64,000 nt of DNA from Nemertoderma westbladi. Lineage: Eukaryota > Animalia > Xenacoelomorpha. How positions within the stretch are numbered: position 1 is the stretch's first letter; each line of letters begins with the position of its first letter. The notes under the pieces were generated by a model. That model was not told the origin of the DNA. It saw nothing but the letters and a program-made list of their open reading frames with translations, and did no database searches. The DNA lies in assembly GCA_032718475.1 (NCBI GenBank), contig JAUCBJ010008237.1, forward strand, positions 1 to 64,000, read 5' to 3'. The translations under genes were made by a program, and so were the position numbers. Positions 36,359 through 51,600 of the stretch are shown in pieces.

Positions 36359-37604
36359 AGCAGAGGTAACGTAAAAATTTGTGTTGCTTTGTTTTCTTTC
36401 TATTTTGTGGTATAGCTAACAAATTCGCACCATTACTAAAATATTAATACAATTACTCGCTCACAAACACTATTCTACAACGACACAGATTAACCAATAC
36501 GGTATAATTCAATTCATATACAGTTTGACTCAATTGTAAAATATAAATTAACAATTGTGAATATTTTTCCATCTGAAATATTGAAATCTACTAATAAAAT
36601 ACCTACAAAAGATACTAAATATAATACAGAATAATGCGGTGTGTATTAATAATTAATTATTAGTATTAATAATTAATTATTAGTATTAATAATTAATTAT
36701 CAGTTTTAATACTTCCCGGTAAGTATCGAATCCTCAGTACAAAAAAACCTCTTGGCGAAAAAAAAAAAAAAAATTTCAATAGTGCAAATTTTATTATATG
36801 TACTTTATATCATAAACAGCGGGGTAAAGAAAATGTTTTATATTTTATTTATTTGTAGGGAATTATTTCATCTTAAAATATTCTAACAACCTTGCAACAG
36901 GAAAGAAAGCGTGAGAATGTTAATTATCTATTAGAATTTCACCTATTTAATTATTATGTAGGCCTAAGTGCTACCCAGTACCGGTACCATGTAGTGCAGT
37001 GCTGCCTACTATGTGAAAATAAAAGGTTACCTGTTATATTATATATAATATACGCGATACAACATTGTTTGTTAACAACATATTTCCTGTTTTGACATTT
37101 AACTCATTCCGTAGGACATTTTGATATACCTTTTAATATTTAATTAATTTAGTTGACAGTTTTAAATTTATATCTAATTGTTATACAGTATTCTTTTTAC
37201 TCCAGTTATGTTGATATAAAGTAGATACGATTATTGAAACACTATACAAATGTTGTTTTATCTTTTGGCTTTTATTTGTACTAAGGCATTCTTTCATTAG
37301 TAGGACTCAATGATACAATAATTTAACAACAATAACTGCATTCTGGATTGCACATAAATGATGTTTTCAAAATGGAATTGAGTTTTTTTCAAAATATATG
37401 TAAAGGATTTAGATCTAGCAAGGAAAATAACAACAGTGGGAAAGTAAACAAAACATTTAAATAATATTTTGACGAATTTTCGAGTAATTAAATCTAATTT
37501 AATTTATCTAACATTCTCTAACATGCCTATCACATCTAATAATAATTTAACGTAGCTAAAGTTAACCAGTGGTGCTAATGTCTGCTCTAACGTACAGTAC
37601 GATA

Positions 37605-38177
37605 CGTGTCGAATACGTAAGGGAAAGGCATGGGCAGCCTTGAATAGGCTTTCCAGGATTTGGAAGTCACCTAGAATTAATCGGAAACTTAAGGTCCGAT
37701 TATTTAGAGCAGCAGTAGTTCCAGTACTCCTCTATGGGAGTCCATGCTGGGCTCTAACTGCTGAGGACACCAAATCTCTGGATGGCACATTCACAAGAAT
37801 GCTACGCCGGGTACATTGTGTCAAGTACAATGCACACATCTCCAACGAGACACTATATAACATTGGAGGTATCTCATTGGTTCCCCCAAGCTTGACACTA
37901 GAACAAAATCGCCTCCGCTTTGCAGGACATTGCTTTCGCCGTGAGGACCAGCCAGTGCATAATCTTGTACTTTGGCAGCCTCATGGAGTGAATAAGCATG
38001 GTGGACAGCCTATGACTTTCTTGAGACGCATCTTAAAGGACACTGGCCTTAAAGATGCGGATGATCTAGCAAATGTCATGGGTGATAGGGAGTTGTGGCG
38101 GTGCAATTTTGTTGACAAGCCGGCACAGCATTCTTAAAAATGCAGCTGCAATGCAGCATGCCGATCATAGTAGTAGT
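37605..38177 (+). mobile_element. 5'-truncated RTE-like LINE, copy 2
   Basis: Near-identical translation to copy 1; (TAG)n tail; candidate TSD AGTACGATA (37596-37604, 38178-38186). Confidence 0.9.
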
Positions 38178-39533
38178 AGTACGATAACGGGAAATCGTTT
38201 ATTTCTACATAAAAAAACCAATATAAACACTATTTATAACAATAAATATGAATCAAACCAACAATAAATAACGAAAAGCATCCATAAAACAAAATTCATT
38301 ATAAAAATTATATAGTTTGCGGAAATGAATCAGGCGTTATATACTTTGTCTACCAAAACTGTCATCATTTTTGTAATTATGTTCTATATATATTGTCATG
38401 TATATGTATACCTAATATATATATATAGGCCTATAATGAATAGCCTATGTATAGTCTAGTTTCAATATGGGCAAACTGTAATATAAACAAGAGCAATATT
38501 GATGCCACTTACTGCCAATAAAGAATTCAATAGTTTATCTAATATTATTTCTAAAATAACCATAGGCCTACTATTTAAGTAGGCCTAATAATAAATGATT
38601 TGTAAATAAGTTAGTTGTTAACAATTTACTGTGGCACGCAAAGTAAGTACTGTTATAAGCTGCAAATTGACCAATGACAGATACAGTATTAGTATTATTA
38701 AATTAATAACGATATTGATAAAATAAACTGACACCTTGTATTTTTGCTGGGAACATTCACTTGTATTTCTTGTGTTCTCACTTTTTTCAAACAGCTAAAT
38801 AATTTATACCAATATAAAAATTAACAATATATAGGTCGATATATCTGCAATAACATATAAAAGCAGCATGAACTATTCTATTTTAGTACCGAAACAATTG
38901 GGAACTCTCAAAAGTAGAAAAAACAACAACAACAACAACAAATTATAAAACAAGATTTTTAAACCATTGTGGTAAGAATCCTATATAAATATGACACAAT
39001 GAATACTTTTATAAAGTACTTTTAATACAAATAATAGTGAAGTTCATTATTATCTATCATTCTGTGGCCCGCAACCATACAAGATATCCAGTAATTAGAT
39101 TTCGTAATACATAATACTCACATTAAAGTTCCCCGCGAAATGAATACACAGGAACACATATTACATATATTACAATAAAGTTCAACAAATATTCAAAATT
39201 CTAAGCAGCCAGCGACGTAATTTTTTGTAGACTAATTCCTCACTTCACCCTAAATTGATAAAGCCCATTTGGCAAGACGAAACATTGAAATAATACTCGT
39301 CAAAACCTCATTAATTTGTGCAATAAAACATATATAGACACGCACATTTTTCCCCTCCAAGAGTTTTCTATGTATATAAATGCGTCTTTTATAGAAATTC
39401 GAAATCGTTCTGACCACTTAAAAAATAAACTTAGCAATAATATCTTCCATTTGATCGCGCATTTGAGGTGTTATGGAGTATTTTAGAGCCGAGGTAAAAT
39501 AATATCCAATCTTCTAGACCTATTATTGGTTGA

Positions 39534-39692
39534 TTAGGCTTCAGTATCACCTGCATTCCGAGCAGACGCGTCTTCAACGTTCTTGAGGCTAATTTGACCG
39601 GCTTCCAGATCTCTTTTTGCTTTTAGGTTAGCTTTTGTGGTCAACATACGGATAGCTAATTCCGGAGTTGGTTGCATACCGCGTCGTAGACG
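39534..39692 (-). CDS. SLC6 GABA transporter last coding exon
   Basis: TTACAG acceptor then RLRRGMQP...GDTEA*; matches the usual 'ER L...P' C-terminal junction; tail poorly conserved. Confidence 0.75.
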   Translation of the reverse strand, partial: RLRRGMQPTPELAIRMLTTKANLKAKRDLEAGQISLKNVEDASARNAGDTEA

Positions 39693-42600
39693 CTGTAAGA
39701 CAAAATTTATAATTCATAATCATTCTTAATTAATTATAACCCTTATCAATTTGAATGACGTAGAAATATTGACCAAGTGTGGTTCAGTGTACGACGATAA
39801 AGTAGATAATATTTTGTGGCATTTTAAATTACATTATTATACAAATCCGAGGGTCGCAAAGTACTAATTCTATAGCGCAAAAAATAATGTGTTTGCGTAG
39901 CTAAATCAAAGTTATTTAGAGTGTTATCCGTGGTTGGCTTTGACACAAGAAGCTTTGACTCCCATTGCCTTAAATTTTTAACTTTCATGTGCCTTTAACC
40001 TGGTAATTAATATAATATATTTATATTATTTATATTTATATAATTAATATATTATTAAAATGGTAATTAAATCAATTAATCAAAGTTCAAATTCTCCAAA
40101 TTCTGGTGAACCCGCGTGTGTTGTGTGAGTCAGTGAGTCAGAAACAAAACTGTATAATTATTAGCTTCTCTTAAACATCAGAGATTTGAACTACGGTGTC
40201 CTAGTCTAATTATAAACGTTCCCTGGTGGCTCATATTTCTGACTCTCCCCCCAGTATGAAAATTAACAACGGATAGGATCGGCCAACTGTAAAGCTTTCA
40301 TCAAGGGTCTTATCCCCATTATGGGGCGCTATCCCCATTCCTAATCATGGGGTTATATGTTTCTCGGACTTCCTTAGTCATAGGTTCAGATATATCTAAG
40401 AATTCATATATCAGATATGGGGTAGAATGAGGATCTCAAATGGCTGAGAAGAAGCTCCCAACATTGAACATTGATACTGACCCGCAATAACTAGAAATAC
40501 CGTTACTTTTCGGTATGGATATGAAGATCATTGTGACGATTTATCTAGCTGTTGTAATGGATTTTCAGTTTGTAGAAGACCTCTGAATCCAGCTGCCATA
40601 AACAAGGTGCTTCGGAGTACACCAGATTACTGGGTGTTACCCGAATATTGTGCGGAGTCTATCCCAATAATGAGTTTTTCCAAGTAAATTCCCTTCCACA
40701 ATTTACTGCATTCTAACCGGTACACTAAGGAATAAAAGCTAAAAAAGAAACCAACCTCCATGAAAGTCCCCTGTTGATGGTACAGGTACCAGGCTGCGTA
40801 GGTGGGTACCCATTGCATTGATGACAGGGCTATCAGCCATCCTACCAGTTCTGCCCACCATGGGTAGGTGTAGGTGTTGTCGTACTGTAGAGTAGTGTGT
40901 TGTGACAAACTGTACACAAATATAAACTGAAAAATAAAAATAGGATTATAACTTTCCTAAATATAACTTTTTTTAACATTTTTCTAAATTATTTAATTTA
41001 GTAGTTACATTTCCTAATATTGCATGATGGATTTGCTGAAATGTTATGAATATTCAATGAGTTACATGAATATATAAAGAAATATATATATATTGATAGA
41101 CAGAATAGATAGATAGACTTACCCAATAAAAAAAAATAACACACAAATTTGGTACCAGTAGAAAGGAAGGTTAGTGTTAATAATTTTTTATACGGCGAAT
41201 TTGCTATTTTTTGTTCTATTATAAAGCATTTGAATTATGAATTTGGTTTCAATTCGATGGAATTTGTATAGTAATTCGAGTTCGTTTATTACAATTATTA
41301 TTCTGTATTAATTATTATATTTGTTTTAATATTATTAATATTATGTATACTTAATGTAAATCATGGTTAACCTTATGTACGTAAATATGCCGATGATCTG
41401 ACTGCTGAGGACGCCAAATCTCTGGATGGCACATTCACAAGAATGCTACGCCGGGTTCATTGTGTCAAGTACAATGCACACATCTCCAACCAGACACTAT
41501 ATAACATTGGAGGTGTCTCGTTAGTCCCTCCAAGCTTGACACTAGAACAAAGCCGCCTCCGCTTTGCAGGACATTGCTTTCGACGTGAGGACCAGCCAGT
41601 ACCTAATCTTGTGCTTTGGCGGCCACATGGAGCGAATAAGCATGGTGGACAGCCCATGACTTTCTTGAGACGCATCTTAAATTACACTGGCCTTGAAGAT
41701 GCGGATGATCTATCAAATGTCATGTGTGATAGGGAGTTGTGGTGGGGCAATTTTGTCGACAAGCCGGCACAACATTCTTAATATATGTGTAATATATATA
41801 ATGCAGCTGCAATGCAGCATGGCGATCGTAGTAGTAGTATGGTTAACCTTATGTACGTAAATATGCCGACGAGCTTTGTATTACTGTCTTTTGTAACTTT
41901 ATTTTACCGCCGCATCATACAATACTTTAATTTTAATAATCGCTTTGATGGACGAAATAAATAATAAAATGAAACTCACGAATAATACCGCGGGCGTTAT
42001 AGCGACCCAGCAGCACATCCAGTATCGGGACGGACGGTAGCCAATCATATCCTCGAGACCGTCGTAGAAGTTTCGCACTCCAAAGACCCAGCTCACGGCT
42101 GCGTTCTCAAATATTCCGAGATACAGAAGGGCGTAGCCGCTGGCAGCGTAGAAATTAAGCAGCTCGAATACGAAAACACCTCCCTGTATTAGTAGAGAAA
42201 CACAATAGGAAAACTGGAAATGTTACAGAAGAACAGCAAATTTTATTCCAATATTCTAACATTACTTAAAGCCAGATGACATCATCATGTTAGCTGTACT
42301 TTGAATAGTGAAGTAATGTCAATTTTACATCTCTAAACGAGTTTTTTTTTACAACGTAAGTGAACTTGGAATTTGAATATTATTTTATTAAGTTATTTAG
42401 AGGTACTTTTTGAATATTAATTATTCTTTATATAAATATCATAAAGCTTTAAAAATAATAATTTTTTCACGTACAAGCACATAATTAATACCTGTGTAAT
42501 GCATAACAATCCTATAAGATAGGAGACCGAACATGTTATAGCGATGAATATTTCCTTCTGTGGGTGACGATGTAAGAGGTGAGGATACTCGTCACAGATT

Positions 42601-45600
42601 GCTGTGATGAATCCTTCCATTGTACAAAACTGAAAAGGAATAAATCAGTCAGAAAAAAATTAATTAATCGGTTTATGTGTAAACGCCACACATCGGACGC
42701 CACACACTGTACACAATACACATGTTACCCATGGCTCCCTGTAAACTTGAACTATTTTTCTCTTCAACGTTTTTTAATTTCCTCCAACTATTTTTGACGC
42801 TTTTTCTTTTACTAAATAAATATATCAAATACTAAATTGGTGAAAGATATTTAACCTTATTTAACTTTATTTAGAAAAAAATTTATAATTTGCATGTTAC
42901 ATGACCTAGTAAAGATACGACACGCCAAGCCGCTGAAAAGCTCCTAAATTTAGTGGCTAGTTATTTTACTAAGTTAGAATCCCTGAAACAATAGATTTAA
43001 TGCATCGAAAATACTTGGCCCTAACTAAAATTATGTCCTCTTCCAGATGAGACAAATAAAAATTTAATAGCTCCAGTAGTTTCCGAGATATGGTCCTGGC
43101 ACCCATTTCATTACTTTTGGAATTGAAAAAAAGAGAGAGTCTGCAGGCTGTCTTACAATTAAGGCTTTAATGCTTCATTCACTGTTTATAAATACTGTTT
43201 AGCTTCTAGGTGGTGTTACTAATTTGAGCCTCAAATTATATTAATTAAGAAAACCAACTTACTCTAACGCAGACGGAAACATAACACGTTCTATTTGAAA
43301 AGCACAAGCGAACTGTAAGACTGTATCTCCTACGAAACTAAATTAATTACTAACCTGGCTATCTAAGCCCAGCAACAGTATCATGAAGAAGAAGAGTATG
43401 GCCCAAAGTTGACTCAGCGGCATTTTGGTCACAGCTTCCGGGTAGGCCTGTGGGAAATAATATGTTGATACGTGACAAATGGTCGATAAGTGCCTTTACC
43501 TATGATGATTACTTGCTGTTATAATGGTCGCCTGTGGGCGTTTCTGTATAATATATCATCCTAATTGTACAATGGCTGTATAGTCCTTATATTTTCTCGC
43601 AATTGAATTAATGTGAAGGTATAATTACACAATTTGTTTAAGATTAAGCTCAATAATTGGTTGTGTAAAATTTGCTACAAACGCTTTGAATTCACATCCT
43701 TTCGATTCACCTTCTATTAATTAGGATACATTTCAGTAATGAGGCGTTTGTTTCAGATTGAAAAAATGATCAAATCTCTATAGACTAATTTTCGGTCAAA
43801 AGTTTAAAAGTTTAATTATCAAATCAAAATAATGAATATAACACTTGAGCTCTAGTGTTTCCAAGGCATGAATGACACCAGGATGAGTTCAGTAGTAGTC
43901 GTGGGACCATGGTGACCATTCTGGCTCTTAGAACTATATCTGAAGAGATATCAACAAAGAAAAACTGACATCTGGCTGTTGTCTTGGTTTGCTTCCCTAA
44001 AACCTTTCATTTAAGTCCCTGATCACATACGTTCACTATATGATGGATCGACTACATTATGTCAACTGCTGATGGTGATACAATTCTATTAGATTGATGT
44101 TTTATGGAGTGACACTCCTACATCAAAAATATTCGAAATTGTGGCGGATTATTTTCTACGCATGTCCTTCGACCATCATAGTAACTTGATTGCCCTTTTT
44201 GTTAACTTCAAAAAGACGAAAATCTTGACAGTTTACTTCGTCAATCTCGGCTCTCAATATAAACTTCGGAAATATCTGAGGATGGAGTGCTTGAGCATGT
44301 GGATGATTTCTGCTACTTGAGGTTTTGGAAGTCATGTGAAGATTTGAATATGTAAGTGAAGGCATAGGCAGTGCAGTATTGAATTGGGTCTCCAAAATGT
44401 GGAATTCCATCTAGAATACATTGTATTGTTGGTGTGGTTCGATTATTTATAGAACAGCAGCATTGCAGCAATCCATGCTGGGCTCTAACTTGCTGAGGAT
44501 ACCAAATCTCTGGATGGCACATACACAAGGTTGCTATAGTTGAATGCCCATACAGCATTGGCGGTGTCTCATTAGTGCCCCCAAGCATGAAAATTAAACA
44601 GAGCTGCCACTGATTTGCAGGACATTGCGTTCGCAATGTGGGCCATACCATGTTCGATCATATGCTTTGGCAACCTCCGGCCTCATGAACATAATAAGCG
44701 TGGTGGGTAGAGCATGACGAAAACCAATGCCATTGTTAAAATAGTAATATAGAAAGAGTAGGCCCATATATATGACACACAGTGGCAGTTCTATTAAATG
44801 ATTTGTTATATCCGTGCCTTTATATTTCTTACAAGAGTTAATTTGTTTTCATCAAATTGTGTCATTTTATAATGATCAAAGAATTTGTGAGACTGGGTTT
44901 CTAGACTGTGCTGATAACCTGGCAACAGTATAGAACAGGCTGCATCCAATGTTGCACTATGTGTAAAATAACTACAAATAACAAAATTCTGACAGTGCAC
45001 TTGTATGCTGCGCAAGGTTCATGGCATAATATTCAATGCTTTCAACAAAAGAGGCATTGTAACCTCGGATATAACCTTATATTTCCAAAACCTATATGCT
45101 GGCGGATTACTGTGAGTGTTCTATTAAATGATATGTATTAGTAGCACTATCACTCCACTCCACAACAATTCATGTATTATTATTGATCTTGTTCAACGGT
45201 AGCCCACTGTAGAAAGGAAACGTTGTAGAATTTTTGATACATCTGCTGCATGCCTCTTGATAATGCAGATGAATTGGGAATTTACACAGCTGATCGTGAA
45301 CTGTGGAGGCGTTGCATTGCAGAGTCAGCTGGCGATACGGTCGTGCAACCGATATATTATTTGTGAACGTATCATGTCAATATTCTTCATCTTAAAACTT
45401 ATTTCTATATATCATTAGAAGGTTGTGTTGGAACGAATCTATATATTTATAATCCCATCAGCTAGGCTGTGTTACAAAATATATAAGGTAAACTTTTAAC
45501 CTGGAATGCTAATCCGGGACCTCCAGCTACCACGTCCTTGATGTCGGCTCCCAACTCCTTGGCCATGAATCCGATGATGGAGAATATAACGAAGCCGGCA

Positions 45601-48600
45601 AATATAGAAGTCGAGGAGTTCACACAACTAACTATAATAGCGTCTCTGAAGAATAAAATTAATAATTATATTGATTGGGAGAAACGTTTGGGCATATTAC
45701 GTAAAGCAATGCCTGTTCACAACCATGGGTGAGGGTCATTTTCCAGAGTGAACCTTGGCATCCTGTTAACCAAAATTATTTCAGTTCCCATTTATAGGCC
45801 AGATAATGATTAAATTATGTGTTTGGCTAAATAAATTATATATTGTATGCTAATAAGTAGGAATGTAATACCGGTAGACATTTTGAGCCTCTTTGGGTAA
45901 ATGGATAAAAAGGAGGCTGTGGAATGAATGCCTTATTATCATTAGAAATGCATCATGCCAGTTCTATAGTAAAAATGCTTCCAAAAAAATCCTCATATTC
46001 GGGTGAATAGTTAATTTATGGAACGAATGATAGAGTCATTAGGGATATGTATTTTTCTTTCTAGATGTTATATTCTGTAAGGTTTAGATGGATAATGTCA
46101 TAGATAGTATTCTTCCATTTAAGAATAAATTTGACTTCTCCATTTGTTACAGGAGGATAACAAAATATACATGTTATGATATAATCAACAAATTCTAAAG
46201 AAATAAGAGGAGCAGAAAGAGGCCATCATTTAGAGACAAATATTATATTTAAATAATACGAAATTATTCGACATTCTGACACCGAATATCAAAATATGTC
46301 ATTGACTGTAGACAAGAAAGTGTAAGCCAAATACAACCCTTCACAAACGTAGGCCTATGCACTACACAGATTACAGTAGGGTGCTCTAAGGTACCACTGG
46401 GACATGCCACATGTCATAATCTCATTAATTATCCATGCATGCAGTCATCTGAAGTGTGATATGTACCCTTGAGTGATGTGTACCCTTGATGAGATAAGTC
46501 ACCAGAGGGATGTATTTCGCTGAAACCCAATTTTATTTAGAACTGCAGACGATAAGTTTCGCCTGTATTTACTTGCTGTGGGCTGTGTTGAAGTTGCATA
46601 ATAAAATAAATTTTAATTAATTTAAAGTAAAAGTAAAATAAATATTTTTTAAATAATAATTAATTAAAATATATATTTATGTATAAAGTGGCCATAGGTC
46701 ATGTATTTGAGGAGGCTGAGATCCTAGAGATCTGGAAGTATCAGAAACTGGAACTGGATCAGACCATTGGAGAAAAACCTCGTTGGACCTCAACGAGATC
46801 GCATGGTGATTTGGTGGCTTCATGGAGAGTATCACTAATACTAGCAGCCTTGACGAGGCAGATAATTTCGGAAAAGTCATGGTTGATGGGTAGTTGTGGA
46901 GGTGCAATTTTGTAGATAAGCCAGCATAGCATTCTTAATGCAGCACGCCGATTATCAACAGATAGATAGACAATGGAAAATAACACTGGATCTAATAATC
47001 ACAAAATAAAGCCAGATTTTCAACCTGTACATATTGCTCTGAGTATAATCTTTAGTCGAGTAACCTCATGCTCAAAGCATACTGAAATAATTTAGAACAG
47101 TGTTAGTTCTCTTCTGAAATATAGTGTCGTTATTCAGGCACTGAATTTCGTCGTAAAATAAGTGAAGCACTCATAACTACTACTACTACTACTAGGTCAA
47201 GGGAGCTTGAAGCTTGTAATTATATTGTTATTAATATTCCTTATTATTGTATACCTAAGTATTGATATATAACTATTTTAATTATTCTGTTTCATTAACT
47301 TATTTTAAGCACTACACAGTTACCTATACCAATGTGAGCATATTTTATTTTGTACAAACTGTGAATGAGAGTCAACCATTGGGGAGCACATCAGCTGGTA
47401 ATGTCATCATCAAGGAATTAAAATATTCACTACATGTCTGAAGAACTGGATACCTAGGTCCAATATATTCAATAAAATATCTAATATGGGGACAGTGGAG
47501 CAAAATTCAACCCTAAATTATTTAGGTACTATTTTAACTCCATGAAAAAAATACTTAGGGATTACAACAGTTAGATAAGGATGCCATTAGGGGATCTCGC
47601 AGAGAAAATCAAATGGTGATTTTGATTCAACAACTATTAATCAACTCCATGATTGATTAGCTAAGCAAAGGATTCCACCACTTGACTGTACCCAAATTAT
47701 CGCCAGTAGCACTATGACAGGCTATTTGCATCATTATCCAAGGGAAAATGTCCCGAACATAGTTTTTTGTGCCTTGATGCTAATACCATCTATCAAGATA
47801 TTACAGACACCATCACAGACTTTATGAGTAAATTCTTTGGGGTGGGGATATAATTTAATACACAGCATTAATTTACCCAATTTATACAACCTATTGGGAA
47901 GGCCAGCATCTTCGTAAAGGTACCATAGAGACTGTTATACAGTACTTCATGGATATTTGTCCTTGCCTAAATTCATTTGCTCAATTAATTTATTTAGAAG
48001 AACGTGGAATAAGAACTGATAATAGGCACTATTCTTGAATTTGTGGAATAGCAGCATTGAACATGTAGTGTATATTTATTCTAAATCGACATATCTGGAG
48101 ATTCAAATGGCATCAATTGCATGATGTTATTTAGAAAATTCAAATCGATCATCAGCTCAGACATATCCAGATATGTCCTCTGGTTCATCTTTCCTGTTAT
48201 GAATCTATGTGGCTTTCCTTAAATTTGGATCAATGATTGAATCCAATGGAATCAATGGTTCAATAGTGTTAACAACAGTACTCACTTGTAAACATTGTTT
48301 TTGTATGGGTTGTAACTTCCCAATGCAATGACAGCTCCCAAAGCCAGACCATAGGAGAAGAAGACCTGACTACCAGCATCCAACCACACCCCTGGTTCCG
48401 ATAATTTTGTGACATTTGGTGTTAGATAGAACATAACGCCATCTCCGGAACCTGTAAAGGGTATATTCAATATACTAGGAAGCTTTCCTTATGTATACAG
48501 CATCTGGCACAAAAGGCGAGAAAAGGGAAATAAATAACCTGCCGAATGAGACCACCTAATGTATGATGAATCAAATAAGCTTACTGTGTTACTGTAAGTA

Positions 48601-51600
48601 GGCCAACCGGTATTTATAATACGGATTCATATATTATCATAGGTCACTATGAAATACTGTAGAATCAGATACTGAACCACAGAAATTAAAAGCCACAGCA
48701 GAAATTAAGAAACAATGGGTGAAATTAAGTATGTTTGAATCTGATTGGGTTTTTAATTTTTGCAGTGGGCTTATTGGAATTCCTGCAGTGCATTTCATAT
48801 ATCTGTGACAGTTATAGGCCACCACACTTCTATAGCCATGAGTCTGTCCTATCTCGGCGTAGTGGTTTCATTCACATCTCTGGGTGGATATCTTGTAAAT
48901 AGTTGGGCTTGGGAGGTTGGACTTGCTATAATATAACAGTATACTGTTGAACAGTATACTGTTATATTATAGGGACTTGTGAGGTTGGCAACCAACCTCC
49001 CAAGCCCAACTATTTACAAATCCATGTCAAATAAATAAGAAACAATGAAACATTGTGTACATGGTTTTATTAATATTATGTATATTACACTGTGTGGCAT
49101 TGGTAAACATTGTCGTTACCAAGAATATACGGCGGTGGTGATGTGTCTTGCAGATGTCGACAGTCGACCACTGTCATCATTAACCAGATTAATGATTTAA
49201 GACCATGTTGTACAGCATTTACAATTATTAACACTATATGTTATTTCATCATAAATGAAGTCTCACCTGAGAGAAGTGCTCCTCGTATTAGTAATATAAT
49301 GAGAACACAATATGGAAACAAAGCGGTAAAGTAGACTACCTGAAATATATAAATAAAATATAATTAAAAAAATATCACCAAGTATGGAAGCCTTTATACG
49401 GAGACTATGTAAATTGATGTCTTTAAAATACGATAATTTAGTCTTAAGTGAGAAATAATTTTGTAATTTGGTTTGAGCAGTGAGAAATAAAAACTTATTA
49501 TACTTAAAACACACCTACAATTCAAACATAATGTACGGTAAAGCAGTAATACTACAGTAGCAAACCGTATATTCCTTAGGGCCTAAGGCAAGATATAAAG
49601 TCCTTTGATTATCGACGACAATGCGATTCCGGCGACCACATCCAGCAAACCCAAGGCGGCACTCCAGTAGTGGGATAGCTGAGTAAGTTGGTAGAAAATA
49701 CCCCGTGGGTATGACACAAACATACCGCATAGCTGTATCGATCGGCAGTTGTGTGCTGTCGCTTGCAACAGCCGGCCCTCAGCATCCATTTACTCCATCC
49801 GCACTGGCCGGACAGGCGGGAACAAACTAGGTTAACCAAATGCTCGGCAATACCTAGCCGGCAGGCATCCCGTATCCCCGCTACCAGGATATTCAATTAA
49901 TAAATAAACCATAGAGTCTCGTGAAAAAACAAGTCGCTGTAAAGATTCTGTTATTCCTTAGTCGCAGTTTTCTGAATTCTTTGCAATGACACAAACAACC
50001 TATGATAATAATTGGTCAACAACATCATAGATGTTTCAAAAAACTGTACAGTAAGTCTCAATTTAATGAATAATTTAGATTTCATTTCCATGATGATAAC
50101 ATTCAATTTCATAATGATTCCTAGAAATCTCGGTGAAGAGCATCTCGACAACACTTAGCTGTAGGAGTACGTGATTATTCTGTGGGTCATTAGAACTCGT
50201 TTTGTTAAGATGGATAAAGTGGTTCCGATTACGGGGAGTTTTCTATGCTGATTAACAATGAAAATCTATAATCAGTGAACCAATATTCTTACAACATACT
50301 CTAATATCTATATGGTTTTATTTGCGGGGCTGGTTAGTAGAAGTCATTTCAAGGTAATTTTGGATGTATGTTTGTATGTACAGTACGGTATGTATGTAAT
50401 GGTGTATGGTGTCGGTGTGTATGTATGCCTATGTATGTATGTATGAAATACTTATGTTTTTGTTAGAGATAAAACTGAAACTGTTAGCTGGTTGGAGTTA
50501 TATAAAGGACTAATTTATTAGTAGGCCTATATTGTATTATGTTGAATTGATTGACGACACGGACACAAAACAGCATTCAGATAGTGCTTTTTGCTTTATT
50601 CCTAATGTAATGAAAGAATTCATATAAAACAGGAATGAATATAATAGATCAACAAATGACGGATCTTGGGTGAATAATATCTGGAAACTGCCAATATAAT
50701 AGAATGCAACCTGGAGTAACACAATGGAAAAGCCTTATCTATCAATATGAGATACCGGTACTGGCTGGCAATCGATAAGAATAAAATATGATTTCATTTG
50801 TTAGTGCAAGAAGGGCGGCAACTTTACTTTATCAGATTTAATTTATCTAAAGTTATTAAGCTATAGAGCTAAAGCGCGCTTTCCTGGATATTTCATCAGA
50901 GACATAAATTACTAATAACATTAATTTAGAGGTATTATTACTTAGTTATTAATTATATATGTACACTAACTAGCTCAACATTCAACACGCATCCATAAAA
51001 ACTGACAGCCACATCCAAAGTTCTGAGGCCTACAACTATCCAACAGTATATAAATGGAACCACAGAAATTAAAAGCCACAGCAGAAATTAAGAAACAATG
51101 GGAGTATGAATCACATTGGGTTTTGAATTTTTGCAGTGGGCTTTGGAATTCCTGCAGTGCATTTCATATATCAGTGACAGTTATAGGCACCACACTTCTA
51201 TAGCCATGAGTCTGTCCTATCTCGGGGTAGTGGTTTCATTCACATCTCTGGGTGGGTTGGGTTCAAGCACGTCATGGGTGCAAGGTGAGTTTTCCTTTCG
51301 GCATGCATGCTTGGCATGTTTCTAGCCTAGCCAGGGCGCAAATTGTAACTAAATTACTACTGGAGTTTCCTCTTGTTAGTATAGTTGTGGGGTGACAGTA
51401 CGGGAAATAAGTCGTCAGACTTTATGCGTAATCCCTGGCCTAGCGGCCGAAGACAACGTTACTTTTTTCTTATGTTATAGCGGAATGAACCTTTTAGTTG
51501 TGAACGAATTATTGTACCATGTGGTTACTTTAAGTAGTTTGTTGGTAATAGTTTTACCGAAAGTTTATACTTTCGGAAGTTGTCGTAAGTCCCGTAGTTT

